64,000 nt of DNA, taken from assembly GCA_963719585.1 (NCBI GenBank), contig CAVRCM010000003.1, positions 1,012,721-1,076,720 of the forward strand, given 5' to 3'. How positions within the stretch are numbered: the stretch's first letter is position 1; each line of letters opens with the position of its first letter. Position numbers and translations under genes: made by a program. Below the pieces are notes generated by a model, which saw only the letters and a list, made by a program, of their open reading frames with translations, was not told the origin of the DNA and searched no databases. Source of the stretch: an uncultured Acidobacteriaceae bacterium. Lineage in GTDB: Bacteria > Acidobacteriota > Terriglobia > Terriglobales > Acidobacteriaceae. Shown piece by piece: positions 1-9,428 of this stretch.

Positions 1-1122
1 GGCCATGCTCATCCGAGGTTAGTGAAGACTGTTTCCGATGCGATGGCGGAGGGCTCGCATTTCGCGGCGGCAACGTCCGCGGAGATCGAGGCCGCGGAAC
101 GGTTTCGCCGCATGGTGCCTTCGGCCGAGGTGGTGCGCTTCACGAATACGGGCAGCGAAGCCACCATGCTCGCCTTGCGACTGGCCCGCGCCCATACCGG
201 ACGCCACAAGTTTCTGAAATTCGAAGGTCACTATCATGGTTGGTACGATCCGTATCTGCTGAATGCGCACAGTCATCCGCCGGAGGAATTGGGTACGGTG
301 GAGAATCCGGCGCGCATTCCGGACTCCGAAGGAATTCCGCCGTCAACTTTTGACGACGTGGTGCTTGCGCCGTGGAATGACGAGGCCGCGCTCGAACGCA
401 TTCTGCAAAAGCAGGGACACGAACTGGCTGCCGTGATCACCGAGCCGATCATGGCCAACATGGGTTGCATTCTTCCTCGGGACGGATATCTGCAACGCGT
501 CCGCGAACTCACACACGAGTGCGGCGCGCTGTTAATTCTCGATGAAGTGGTCACCGGCTTTCGCTACGCGCCGGGCGGATGCCAGGAATATTACGGCGTC
601 GTCCCAGACATCAGCACCTTCGGCAAGGCGCTGGGCGCAGGATTTCCCGTGGGCGCTGTGGCTGGGCCACGCTCGATCCTCGAGCGCATGAAGTGGAGCG
701 ACAAGATGGTCCTGCACTATGGCACCTTCAACGGTCACCGGCTAACCATGAAAGTGATCGCGGCGAATCTAGACATGCTCTCCGCCGAAGCCACTTACCA
801 GAAGATGCATGCAGTCGGCAACGCGGCCATCGCCGGACTTCGCGAGGTCTTCCTCCGCCACAAACTCAAGGCGATTGTGCAGGGCTTCGGCCCCATGTTC
901 CAAATTTATTTCACGGATCGCGATGCCATCTCCGATTACCGCGACTACTGCAAGTATGTTGATACGAAGCTTTACTCACGATTCGTCCACCGGCTGCTTG
1001 ATCGCGGAATATATATGACGCCTTCTAACGGTCTGCACTGGATCATCTCGACAGCCCACACGGAAGCCGATGTGCAAACTTTAGTGGAGGCCGCAGACGA
1101 GGCATGCATGGGGCTCGTGTGA
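1..1122 (+). CDS. Class-III PLP-dependent aminotransferase, glutamate-1-semialdehyde 2,1-aminomutase family (5' end off-window)
   Basis: The frame is open from base 1 (GHAHPRLVKTV precedes the listed start at 22). Family blocks are present: TNTGSEATMLALRLARAHTG, ITEPIMANMG, LILDEVVTGFRY and DISTFGKALGAGFPVGA (PLP Lys in FGK). Stop TGA at 1120-1122. Confidence 0.85.
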   Translation, partial: GHAHPRLVKTVSDAMAEGSHFAAATSAEIEAAERFRRMVPSAEVVRFTNTGSEATMLALRLARAHTGRHKFLKFEGHYHGWYDPYLLNAHSHPPEELGTVENPARIPDSEGIPPSTFDDVVLAPWNDEAALERILQKQGHELAAVITEPIMANMGCILPRDGYLQRVRELTHECGALLILDEVVTGFRYAPGGCQEYYGVVPDISTFGKALGAGFPVGAVAGPRSILERMKWSDKMVLHYGTFNGHRLTMKVIAANLDMLSAEATYQKMHAVGNAAIAGLREVFLRHKLKAIVQGFGPMFQIYFTDRDAISDYRDYCKYVDTKLYSRFVHRLLDRGIYMTPSNGLHWIISTAHTEADVQTLVEAADEACMGLV

Positions 1123-1916
1123 AAGCCACAGTTTTCCTGGGCGGGGGACGCATCGCCAGCGCCTTGGTTGCGGGATTGCGGCTGGCGGGCTATCGCCAGC
1201 CGATCGTAGTTCACGACCGGAATTTAGAAAAACTGCAAGCGATCAGGCGCAAACATGGCGTAGTTGTCGAACCGGATTTGCGCCGCGCAGTCGAATCAGC
1301 TCTTGTCCTGATTGTTGCGGTCCGGCCGCAGTCCGTGCGCGAACTTTTGAAACAAATAGCCGCCTTCAAACTCAGTAGACCTTCGACAGCAGTGAGCCTG
1401 GCTGCAGGCATTCCCCTATCGATGTTACGTTCCGCACTCGGATCACCGGTGAAGTGGGCACGAGCCATGCCCAGCCCGGTTTGCCGCAGTGGCCAAGGCC
1501 TGACTGCACTGACTTTTGCACGCGACTATCCGGTCACGGCACGGGAGCGTGTACGCGAACTGTTTTCGCTTGTCGGTACGCTGATCGAAATTCCTGAAAA
1601 GCAGTTTGACGCTTTCACCGTTACTTACTCAAGCAGTCATGGATATCACGCGCTCGCAGCGTTGATTGCCGCCGCCGAAGGAATCGGGTTAGACCGCAGA
1701 ACCGCGCAACTGGCCGCCGCTCATGCGCTGGCGGATGGGATTGCCGCATGGCGCGCGGGCGACGCATCGCTGGAAGAACTGTCACAGGAGGCGGCTACCC
1801 CGGGAGGTATCGCCGCCGCTGTCATGAGTACCATTGACGGCTGTGGCTATCGACAATCAATCGTGAGCGGACTACGTGCGGGGATGAAACAGGCGCGAAG
1901 GAATTCGAGAGAATGA
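1119..1916 (+). CDS. proC: Pyrroline-5-carboxylate reductase
   Basis: Has a Rossmann N-terminus (VFLGGGRIASALVAGL) and the P5CR C-terminal block EAATPGGIAAAVMSTI. GTG 1119 overlaps the upstream stop (GTGA). ATG 1104 is an alternative start. Confidence 0.8.
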   Translation: MKATVFLGGGRIASALVAGLRLAGYRQPIVVHDRNLEKLQAIRRKHGVVVEPDLRRAVESALVLIVAVRPQSVRELLKQIAAFKLSRPSTAVSLAAGIPLSMLRSALGSPVKWARAMPSPVCRSGQGLTALTFARDYPVTARERVRELFSLVGTLIEIPEKQFDAFTVTYSSSHGYHALAALIAAAEGIGLDRRTAQLAAAHALADGIAAWRAGDASLEELSQEAATPGGIAAAVMSTIDGCGYRQSIVSGLRAGMKQARRNSRE

Positions 1917-2045
1917 GGGAGAAGCTGGAAGGTTTTGATAATGTCTCGATTCCAACGAAGCTTTGCGGCGCAGCCGAAAGCCGCGCCTTTCAAAGCACAA
2001 TTACTGATCCCACGTTGCAAACAAATTGCAGGTTGAGCTGACCTG

Positions 2046-2276
2046 CTAGGCCGCTTTCTTTCTCCGCGGAACCTTGGCGCCTTTTTTGCGGGCTTCGGAT
2101 AATCCGATCGCAATGGCTTGCTTGCGGCTCTTCACGGTGCCGCCCTTGCCGCCGCGGCCCGACTTGAGCGTGCCTTTCTTCTCACGGTGCATGGCGCTCT
2201 TCACGCTCTTGCTCGCCGCTTTCCCGTACTTGCGGCCGCCTGACTTTCTTCCCGAGCCCTTCTTTTTCGCTGCCAT
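2046..2276 (-). CDS. Small Lys/Arg-rich basic protein (conserved hypothetical, DUF6496-like by memory)
   Basis: ATG 2276 lies 7 nt after AGGAGGG. The 76-aa product MAAKKKGSGRKSGG...RKQAIAIGLSEARKKGAKVP carries the QAIAIGLS-x-AR-x-x-G motif I recall from small basic bacterial proteins. Confidence 0.6.
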   Translation of the reverse strand: MAAKKKGSGRKSGGRKYGKAASKSVKSAMHREKKGTLKSGRGGKGGTVKSRKQAIAIGLSEARKKGAKVPRRKKAA

Positions 2277-2586
2277 GTAGTTTCCCTCCTGGCACTTAGA
2301 CAAGGAATCGTCCCATCGGGTTGTCGCGATTCGGTCGGTTGCTTCGGCGGCTTTGTGAGGTCAGGATCGCCCGTCAGCTCCTCTCGAAATGGGCGGCAAC
2401 ATCTCGGTGATGCGCGATCATCTGATACACGAATCCGTGATTCGTATTGAAATAATCTTCATGACTCGTCTTGAGATAATTTTTGTAGCATGAAGTGAGA
2501 ACGTTCATAGAAACTGCGGCGCTACGTTGCTGTGGGCAGTAATCGCATTCATCGCGGCAAAATGATCGCGCCAGGAGAACGAACCT

Positions 2587-3573
2587 ATGAATCAGATTCC
2601 CTTACTCTCGTCGCCGGGAACAAGAAGCGGTGACATGCTCTACCGCACTCTCGGTCGCACCGGAGAGCGCGTTTCCGTCATCGGCATGGGAGGTTTTCAT
2701 ATCGCTCAGCACGGACTCACCGAAGATGAGAGCATCCGGCTGGTGCGCTCCGCCATCGATCGCGGCATCACTTTCATGGATAACAGCTGGGATTACAACG
2801 AAGGCCAGAGTGAATTGCGAATGGGTAAGGCGCTGAGGGACGGCTATCGTCAGAAAGTTTTTCTGATGACGAAGATTGATGGCCGAACTAAGGAACTCGC
2901 CACGAAGCAGATCGAAACCTCGCTGCAACGTTTGCAGACGGATCATATCGATCTGATTCAGCATCACGAGGTAATTCGGTTCGACGATCCCGACCGCATA
3001 TTCGCGGAAGGCGGAGCCAACGAGGCGATGCTCGAGGCAAAGAAAGCCGGCAAAATCCGCTACATCGGTTTTACCGGACATAAAGATCCGCAGATTCATC
3101 TGTACATGCTGAAAGTTGCCGCTGACCACGGCTTCCACTTCGATGCGGCACAGATGCCGCTCAACGTGATGGACGCTCACTTCCGAAGTTTTGCTCACCT
3201 GGTTGTGCCTGAACTGGTGCAACAGGAGATCGGAATCCTCGGTATGAAATCCATGGGTGATGGCGTGATCCTGAAGAGCAAGACTATATCGCCAACGGAA
3301 TGTCTACATTACGCGATGAGCCTTCCCACTTCGGTAGTGATTACCGGAATAGACCGGCCGGCAATTCTGGATCAGGCAATCGAAGCAGCAAAAACATTCA
3401 ACCCCATGAATCGTGAGCAAGTGACCAAACTGCTGGCAAAGACAAAAGAGGTTGCAATGGCCGGAAAGTACGAGTTATTCAAGACTTCGTCGCACTTCGA
3501 TTCCACGGCGAAAAATCCGGATTGGCTGGGCGGTGACACGCCTGCGGTGCAACAGCTCGCACCACCCGCCTAG
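2587..3573 (+). CDS. Aldo/keto reductase
   Basis: 328-aa ORF with AKR blocks: LGRTGERVSVIGMGGFH, FMDNSWDYNEGQSE, DHIDLIQHHEV, IRYIGFTGH. AGGAGAA precedes the ATG. Confidence 0.9.
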   Translation: MNQIPLLSSPGTRSGDMLYRTLGRTGERVSVIGMGGFHIAQHGLTEDESIRLVRSAIDRGITFMDNSWDYNEGQSELRMGKALRDGYRQKVFLMTKIDGRTKELATKQIETSLQRLQTDHIDLIQHHEVIRFDDPDRIFAEGGANEAMLEAKKAGKIRYIGFTGHKDPQIHLYMLKVAADHGFHFDAAQMPLNVMDAHFRSFAHLVVPELVQQEIGILGMKSMGDGVILKSKTISPTECLHYAMSLPTSVVITGIDRPAILDQAIEAAKTFNPMNREQVTKLLAKTKEVAMAGKYELFKTSSHFDSTAKNPDWLGGDTPAVQQLAPPA

Positions 3574-3718
3574 TCATGAACTGCCACGTTCGTCTATCCT
3601 CGCGATCTTGCGTGTTCCGGTCTCCCTGCACATGGAGGAGATCGATAATTTAGATTGGACTAGGGGTCCGGCGTCACCTAAAGTAGTTATTCGGCTGTAA
3701 TTAATCTACGTAAAGACA

Positions 3719-3757
3719 CGCACACTCGCTGCGCGAATAGCGGGTGTGTGCTTTGTC
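3719..3757 (+). terminator. Possible intrinsic terminator after the AKR gene
   Basis: 12-bp stem (2 G-U pairs), cgcacactcgct / agcgggtgtgtg, with an 8-nt loop, followed by cTTTgtcg. It lies about 145 nt after the stop codon. Confidence 0.35.
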
Positions 3758-3830
3758 GTATGCTTTAATACTTCATGCATCCACCGAATGTTGGAGAAAG
3801 GACGATTTGCATCCGCCCGGGTCGAATTGA

Positions 3831-6543
3831 ATGGAGCCAGAGAGTTTGGGATTGGAAGACAAACACAGCGAGGTTCAAGATTTGGATCTGACCGGAGGTC
3901 AGCGCGAGATTCCTGACGTTCTCACCTTGGATGAGATTGCCAACCTCGCCGCCGAGGAGGGTCAACCGGCCGAGACGCTGATGAACGTTGTCGCCTTGAT
4001 TGCCAAGCGTTTCGATACTGATGTTTGTTCAGCGTATCTGCTGGAGCCGGATCGAGCCAATCTGGTGCTGGCAGCGACGGTCGGCCTGCGGCGCGAGTGT
4101 ATCGGCCAGTTGCGCATGGCGATCCATGAAGGACTTGCCGGACTGGTGGCCGAGCAAGTGCGCCCCGTAGCTGTGGAGCAAGCTCACACGCATCCACGTT
4201 TCAAATATTTTTCGGAAGCCGGCGAAGATGAGTACCAATCGTTTCTCGGCGTTCCTCTGATCGACCGTGGAGTGTTGCAGGGCGTTCTCGTGGTGCAAAC
4301 CATGGAGCCCCGCCTCTTCCGCGAGAATGAAATTCACATGCTCACCGAGGCGGCGGCTCAGGTCGCGCCGGTGGTGAGCGAAGCGCGCACGCTGGATCGC
4401 TTCATCGCTCCCGCGCAGGAACGGCTGTGGACTCTGGCTCGCAATCTCTGGTGGAGTTGGGATCACGATACCGCAAGTCTGTTCCGCGACCTGGATCCGT
4501 TGCGATGGCAACAGCTGAATCAGAATCCAGTATCACTGCTGGCGGAGTTTCCCCTGGCAAGGCTCGAGAAGCGGGCTGCCGAACTGGTACTTCACAGCCG
4601 CATCAATTATGCCTATCGCCGGTTGCAGGAATATCTGCACGCGGACCGCACCTGGGGAACACGGCATGCGGGAGTTTTAAGGCCCCGTCCGGTCGCGTAT
4701 TTTTCAGCGGAGTTCGGCATCCACGAATCGCTGCCGGTTTATTCCGGCGGCCTTGGCGTGTCTGGCTGGAGACCACATCAAGAGCGCCTCCGATCTTGGG
4801 ATTCCATTGGTCGGCATCGGCTTGTTTTACGGCCAGGGATATTTTCGTCAGCGTCTGGATCGCAACGGATGGCAACAGGAAGAATATCTGGAGACGGATG
4901 TTACTCAACTGCCGCTGGAGGCCGCGATCGGCAAGAACGGCCGGCCTGTCGAGATCGAAATCGCTACTCGCAAAGGTTCGATCCACGCCAAAGTATGGCG
5001 AGTGGCCGTCGGGCGCTGCGATCTGTTCCTGCTTGATTCCGATGTAGAAGGCAATTCGGAAGACGATCGCCAGCTGACTTCCCGCCTCTATGGCGGAAAT
5101 GCACGCACTCGAATCCGGCAGGAGTTGCTGCTGGGAGTAGGGGGCTTCCGCGCTCTAAAAGCCATGGGCATCACACCCGGTGTTCTTCATCTGAATGAGG
5201 GACACAGCGGATTTGTCGTTCTGGAAGCGCTTCACACCCGCATGCAGGAAGAAGGCATTGCGTTCGATAGCGCCGTTTCTCGGGTTTCAAGGGAAGTGGT
5301 ATTCACCACCCACACCCCCGTGCCTGCGGGTCATGACCGCTTCGATGCCGAACTGATCGAAGAACATCTGGGACCGTTGCGCGAAAAAATGGGCTTGTCT
5401 CAAGAGAGCCTGATGGGTCTGGGACGCGAGAAACCGAGCAACCAGCAGGAGACTTTTTGCATGACTGTGCTGGGCCTCAGGCTGTCGCGGCGCGCCAATG
5501 CGGTTTCGGCATTGCACGGCGAAGTCTCCCGCGCCATGTGGACCGGGCTCTGTCCGGGCAAGCCGGAAGATGAAGTCCCCATCGGGCACATTACCAATGG
5601 CGTCCACGTTCCTTCGTGGCTTGCGCCGCAGATGTTCCGTTTATACGACCGCCATCTCGGCACGAACTGGCACGAGCACAGCAGCGAAGCGCGCATCTGG
5701 GAAGGCATTGAGGATGTGGATGACGGCGAACTCTGGGAGACACACCTCAGCCTGAAATCGCGGCTTCTCGATTTCGTTCGCCGCCGCGCCATCGAGCAAG
5801 CCAAGCGCCGCAATGAACCAGTTGAGTCTTTACAAAGACTAGCCAAGGTCCTCAGTCCAGACGCTCTCACGATTGGATTTGCCCGCCGCTTTGCCACCTA
5901 CAAACGAGCGAACCTGCTATTGAGGGACATCGAAAACCTGGCGTCGATGGTGAACGATCCCAAGCGCCCGGTGCAGTTCGTGTTTGCGGGCAAGGCGCAT
6001 CCCAACGATGAGCCCGGAAAATTAGTGCTGCAGCAGATCGCCGAACTCATGCGGAATCCCCGTTTCGCCGACAAGTTTGTCTTCGTCGAAGACTATGACA
6101 TTAACGTCGGACGTTATCTCGTGCAGGGAGTCGACGTATGGCTGAACAACCCGCGGCGTCCGTTTGAGGCGTCGGGCACGAGCGGTCAAAAAGTAGTTCT
6201 AAACGGCGGCCTTAATCTTTCTGTCCTCGACGGCTGGTGGGCCGAGGCTTACGACGGAAGGAACGGATTTGCGATTGGCACCGGAAGAACTCACGCTGAT
6301 ATGAGCGTTCATGATACCCGCGACGCGGAAGACTTGATGCGCGCACTGCGCGAAGAGGTGATTCCGTTGTACTACCAGCGCGATCGTGACGGTTTGCCGC
6401 GGGGCTGGATCAAGCGCATGAAGCGAACCATCCGCACTCTGGGATGGAGATTTAACGCCGATCGCATGGTGATGGATTACACGCAGAAAGGTTACGTTCC
6501 CGCAGCCGGCGGCACATCCAGCGACATGAGATCCTCATGGTGA
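3831..6543 (+). pseudogene. glgP: PtsP-type GAF domain fused to alpha-glucan (glycogen) phosphorylase; one-base frame break near 4760
   Basis: The N-terminal ~190 aa match the PtsP/EI-Ntr GAF pattern (DTDVCSAYLLE, HPRFKYF, FLGVPLIDRGVLQGVLVVQ). A DUF3417-like WWSWDHD block and the phosphorylase core follow. YSGGLGV (frame 1) continues as LAGDHIKSASDLGIPLVGIGLFY in the 4753 ORF, consistent with an extra base at ggcgtgTctggct. Confidence 0.85.
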
Positions 6544-6688
6544 TGGCGCTGGATCCTTTGGCTAACCCTGCGTTCGGTGCCGCGAACACACTGCCTATAG
6601 CGACTTTTGATTCTCCCGCATGGCCCTGGCAGTCGTAAATTGCATCCTAACTTCGGAAAAAATCTCAGGATGTGAGCGGGAGAACTGA

Positions 6689-6874
6689 ATGAGCTCCAAG
6701 CCTTCGGAACAGATGATGGATTTATTGCAGGAGCTCGCCTTGCTCAAGGAGTTGGATAAAGATGACAAAAAAGGCCTGGCATCGAACCTCCAGGCTGCGG
6801 ATTTTGATAGCCGGCAACGTCGGCGGCAAGAAATAGGCGATCAGATTAAGGCTCTCGGCGAATCGACCTCATAA
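6689..6874 (+). CDS. Small hypothetical protein (61 aa, charged helical)
   Basis: ORF with GGGAGAA 5 nt upstream of the ATG, lying in an otherwise unoccupied intergenic space. I recognise no family. Confidence 0.45.
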   Translation: MSSKPSEQMMDLLQELALLKELDKDDKKGLASNLQAADFDSRQRRRQEIGDQIKALGESTS

Positions 6875-6915
6875 TCGCGGGGAGGTTCGGAGGGGAAGCT
6901 AACAGTATGAAGTTT

Positions 6916-6990
6916 TGGCTGCCCCCCAGGGATTCGAACCCCGATAGCCTGCTCCAGAGGCAGGTGTCCTAGCCGTTGAACGAGGGGGCA
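6916..6990 (-). tRNA. tRNA-Gln (anticodon CUG)
   Basis: The reverse complement folds as a cloverleaf. Acceptor TGCCCCC/GGGGGCA, anticodon stem CCTGC/GCAGG with loop CTCTGGA, T-arm CGGGG-TTCGAAT-CCCTG, and an encoded CCA. Confidence 0.95.
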
Positions 6991-7116
6991 ATCTCAGAAC
7001 TGATTTGCCATCAGCTCATCCTGATTCTATGGTTTTCCTCCGAGCCCGGTCAACAATGTTGCTGTTCCTCCCTTCCGCCGGAATAGAATCACGATTGCCG
7101 TTCTACAGGAGGAGCC

Positions 7117-7729
7117 ATGTCAACGGTCTTTGAAAACGCCGCCACGCCGGCACGCGATTATTCCGAGGTGGCGCGACAATCGCTCGAAGCGGACCGATGC
7201 GCTCTAATCGTGGTGGATATCCAACAAAAACTCTTGCCTCCGATTTTCCAGAAAGAGCAGCTCGTCCGCAATGCTCAGCTGCTGATCCGCGCGGCTGGAA
7301 TTCTCAAGATTCCTGCCGATTGTGAGCACGCAATATGCGAAGGGTCTGGGCGGAACCGTTCCGGAGATCGCTTCCCTGCTTCCCGAAACCGAGGCGATCG
7401 ATAAGAATCTTTTCTCCTGCTTCGGCAGCGATGTTTTCTGCACGTTACTGAAACGCCTGCCGGGCAACCGCAACACTTTGCTCTTATGCGGCATGGAGAG
7501 CCATATCTGCGTGATGCAGACGGCGCTGGCAGCTCTGCGTGAAGGGTATCTCGTTCACGTCGCTTCCGACGCGGTGAGTTCGCGCACGGAGTGGAATTGG
7601 AAAATAGGTCTCGACCGAATGCGCGCCGCCGGAGCCGTGATTTCTTCTACCGAGATGATGATCTACGAGTTGATGCGATCCTCTTCGTCGCCAGCCTTCA
7701 AAGAACTGCTACCGCATCTCAAGGGATAG
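7117..7729 (+). pseudogene. Isochorismatase-family cysteine hydrolase; frame break near 7316-7322
   Basis: ALIVVDIQQKLLPPI...ILKIPA (ORF 7117) continues as VSTQYAKGLGGTVPEI...LLLCGMESHICVMQTA (ORF 7322). This is the usual contiguous isochorismatase motif order. Confidence 0.8.
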
Positions 7730-7753
7730 AGCGAGTTCCTGACAAAGCGTCGC

Positions 7754-8773
7754 CTAGCTTGCTTCCGACTCTTTCTTTTTTACCCGCACAACCGTGATCT
7801 TGGCGAAACCTTCCTCAAATGTCGGCGGCTTCAGCTTAGCTGCCATGCGACGCATTACGTCTTCGGGGACAACCCGGTCGCGGCGTTCATGACGCTCAAT
7901 GCAGACTTCCAGCGGTACATCGAAGAAGACGGCGTGCACTTCGTATTGATAATCCTTCGCCAGCTTGATCCAGTGTTGGCGCTCCTGCGGTGTAAGGTTA
8001 GTCGCGTCCACATAGTTTGTAGGACGCTTGGCGATGAGCCGCGCTTTGAGCATCGAGCGCAGATTGGAGAAAACGAGATCCTGAAATCGCTGTTCGCGGA
8101 CATCGTCGAATAGCAACGCGCGAACCATATCGCTCGAGAGCGGCACCACATTGTGCCGCTTGAACCATGAACTCTTTCCCGAGCCGGGCAATCCGATGGC
8201 CAACACAACCACGCCCTTTGGCGGACGTTGCGCCACTGCCGCAGGCGCGGGTGTCTTCGGCGCTCCCGCAGCAAGCGGCTGAGCTTCTGCTTCTTTTACC
8301 GTCGATGCGCCTTCTGCCTCCGGCATTTCTTCTTCCGCCGCCTCGATAGGGAGTGCTGGAATCGAACCTTTCACCGCTGCCGGAGTGAAAGCCTGAGCCA
8401 CGGCCTGTTCCCGTCCCCGACCTCCTCGGCCACGTCCCCCGCGCCGCCGCCGGCTTCGACCGCTTGGTTCGGAACTGCGCGGTACAGGCTGCGGTGCTAC
8501 CTGATCAGCTTCCTGGGGAACTTCTTCAGCACTGGCATCTGCCATGCGAACCGGCCGCTCTTCGGCTTGTCGACCTTGTTCAGGAGGTCGATCTTCTGCA
8601 GAAAACGGAGGCGGAGCAGAAATTTCTGATTCGATATTCTCTCTATCGTCCGCGCCGGACGCTTGTTCCGCGTCAAAATAAGCTGGCTGCAAGGGAGGTG
8701 GAGCAGACTTATCGGATGGTGCGGCGGGTGTCTTTTTGCGACGCTGCAAACGGTCGCGCATCCATTTACGCAT
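7754..8773 (-). CDS. P-loop polynucleotide-kinase-like protein (AAA_33/Pnkp kinase-module type) with a long disordered RGG-rich N-terminus
   Basis: C-terminal ~150 aa: Walker A GLPGSGKSS, then LSSDMVRALLFDD, YVDATNLTPQERQHWIKLAKDY, and FFDVPLEVCIERHERRDRVVPEDV. N-terminal ~190 aa are Pro/Ala/Glu-rich and include RSRRRRGGRGRGGRGRE. Confidence 0.8.
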   Translation of the reverse strand: MRKWMRDRLQRRKKTPAAPSDKSAPPPLQPAYFDAEQASGADDRENIESEISAPPPFSAEDRPPEQGRQAEERPVRMADASAEEVPQEADQVAPQPVPRSSEPSGRSRRRRGGRGRGGRGREQAVAQAFTPAAVKGSIPALPIEAAEEEMPEAEGASTVKEAEAQPLAAGAPKTPAPAAVAQRPPKGVVVLAIGLPGSGKSSWFKRHNVVPLSSDMVRALLFDDVREQRFQDLVFSNLRSMLKARLIAKRPTNYVDATNLTPQERQHWIKLAKDYQYEVHAVFFDVPLEVCIERHERRDRVVPEDVMRRMAAKLKPPTFEEGFAKITVVRVKKKESEAS

Positions 8774-8893
8774 GCAAGGCTTTTAACACAGAAGAGAGTG
8801 CCGGATCAATCGCCTGCCCGGACGGAGAACCATCCGCGACAGCGGCTCGAAATTTGACGCCATGCATCGCAACTTTGAGATCGGAGCTGCACC

Positions 8894-9265
8894 ATGCCAG
8901 ACACAGTAAAACCAATCCCGCCCACCATTCGCGGCCAGAGATACATCTCTCTGACAACGTTTCGGAAGAATGGCGTGGCGGTTGCCACTCCGGTATGGTT
9001 TGGAGAAGACACCGGCAAGTTGTACGTGATGACGCGCAGCGTCATGGGTAAGACAAAACGTATTCGAAATAATCCTCAGGTGCGGGTTGCGCCATGCACC
9101 ATTCGAGGAAAGGTCACCGGTCAAGAATTTGCAGCCTCGGCGCGCATGCTGCCGCTGGAGGAACAATCTCATGCGCGGCAGACAATCAACCGGAAGTACC
9201 TGTTGGCCAGACTGACATCGGTCTTTAGCCGGGCGGATGTGTTCCTGGAATTAACGTTTCCGTAA
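8894..9265 (+). CDS. Pyridoxamine 5'-phosphate oxidase family protein (PPOX class, F420-dependent-like)
   Basis: The 123-aa product contains YISLTTFRKNGVAVATPVWFGEDTGKLYVMTRSVMGKTKRIRNNPQVRVAPC, the typical small split-barrel pattern. Confidence 0.75.
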   Translation: MPDTVKPIPPTIRGQRYISLTTFRKNGVAVATPVWFGEDTGKLYVMTRSVMGKTKRIRNNPQVRVAPCTIRGKVTGQEFAASARMLPLEEQSHARQTINRKYLLARLTSVFSRADVFLELTFP

Positions 9266-9428
9266 TATTGTCAAGGATTGGGCGCACATCCTTCCGTGAT
9301 CAGGAATAGAACTTGTCTAATCCGGCTGGCGATCATTTACGCCGATTGCCGCTCCTGCTAACATCATTAGTTCCCATATAGGGCTGCGTGGAATCTGCTG
9401 TTGCACTCATAACTATTCTGGAGGAAGC

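Noticed and set aside
2602-3222. 206-aa minus-strand ORF opposite the aldo/keto reductase
   Set aside because: It is an antisense shadow ORF in GC-rich coding DNA. It has no recognisable motifs, whereas the plus-strand product has clear AKR blocks.
8167-8629. Plus-strand ORFs (60-195 aa) opposite the RGG/Pro-rich N-terminus of the kinase gene
   Set aside because: Low-complexity GC-rich DNA is open in many frames. Only the minus-strand frame runs into the P-loop kinase domain.
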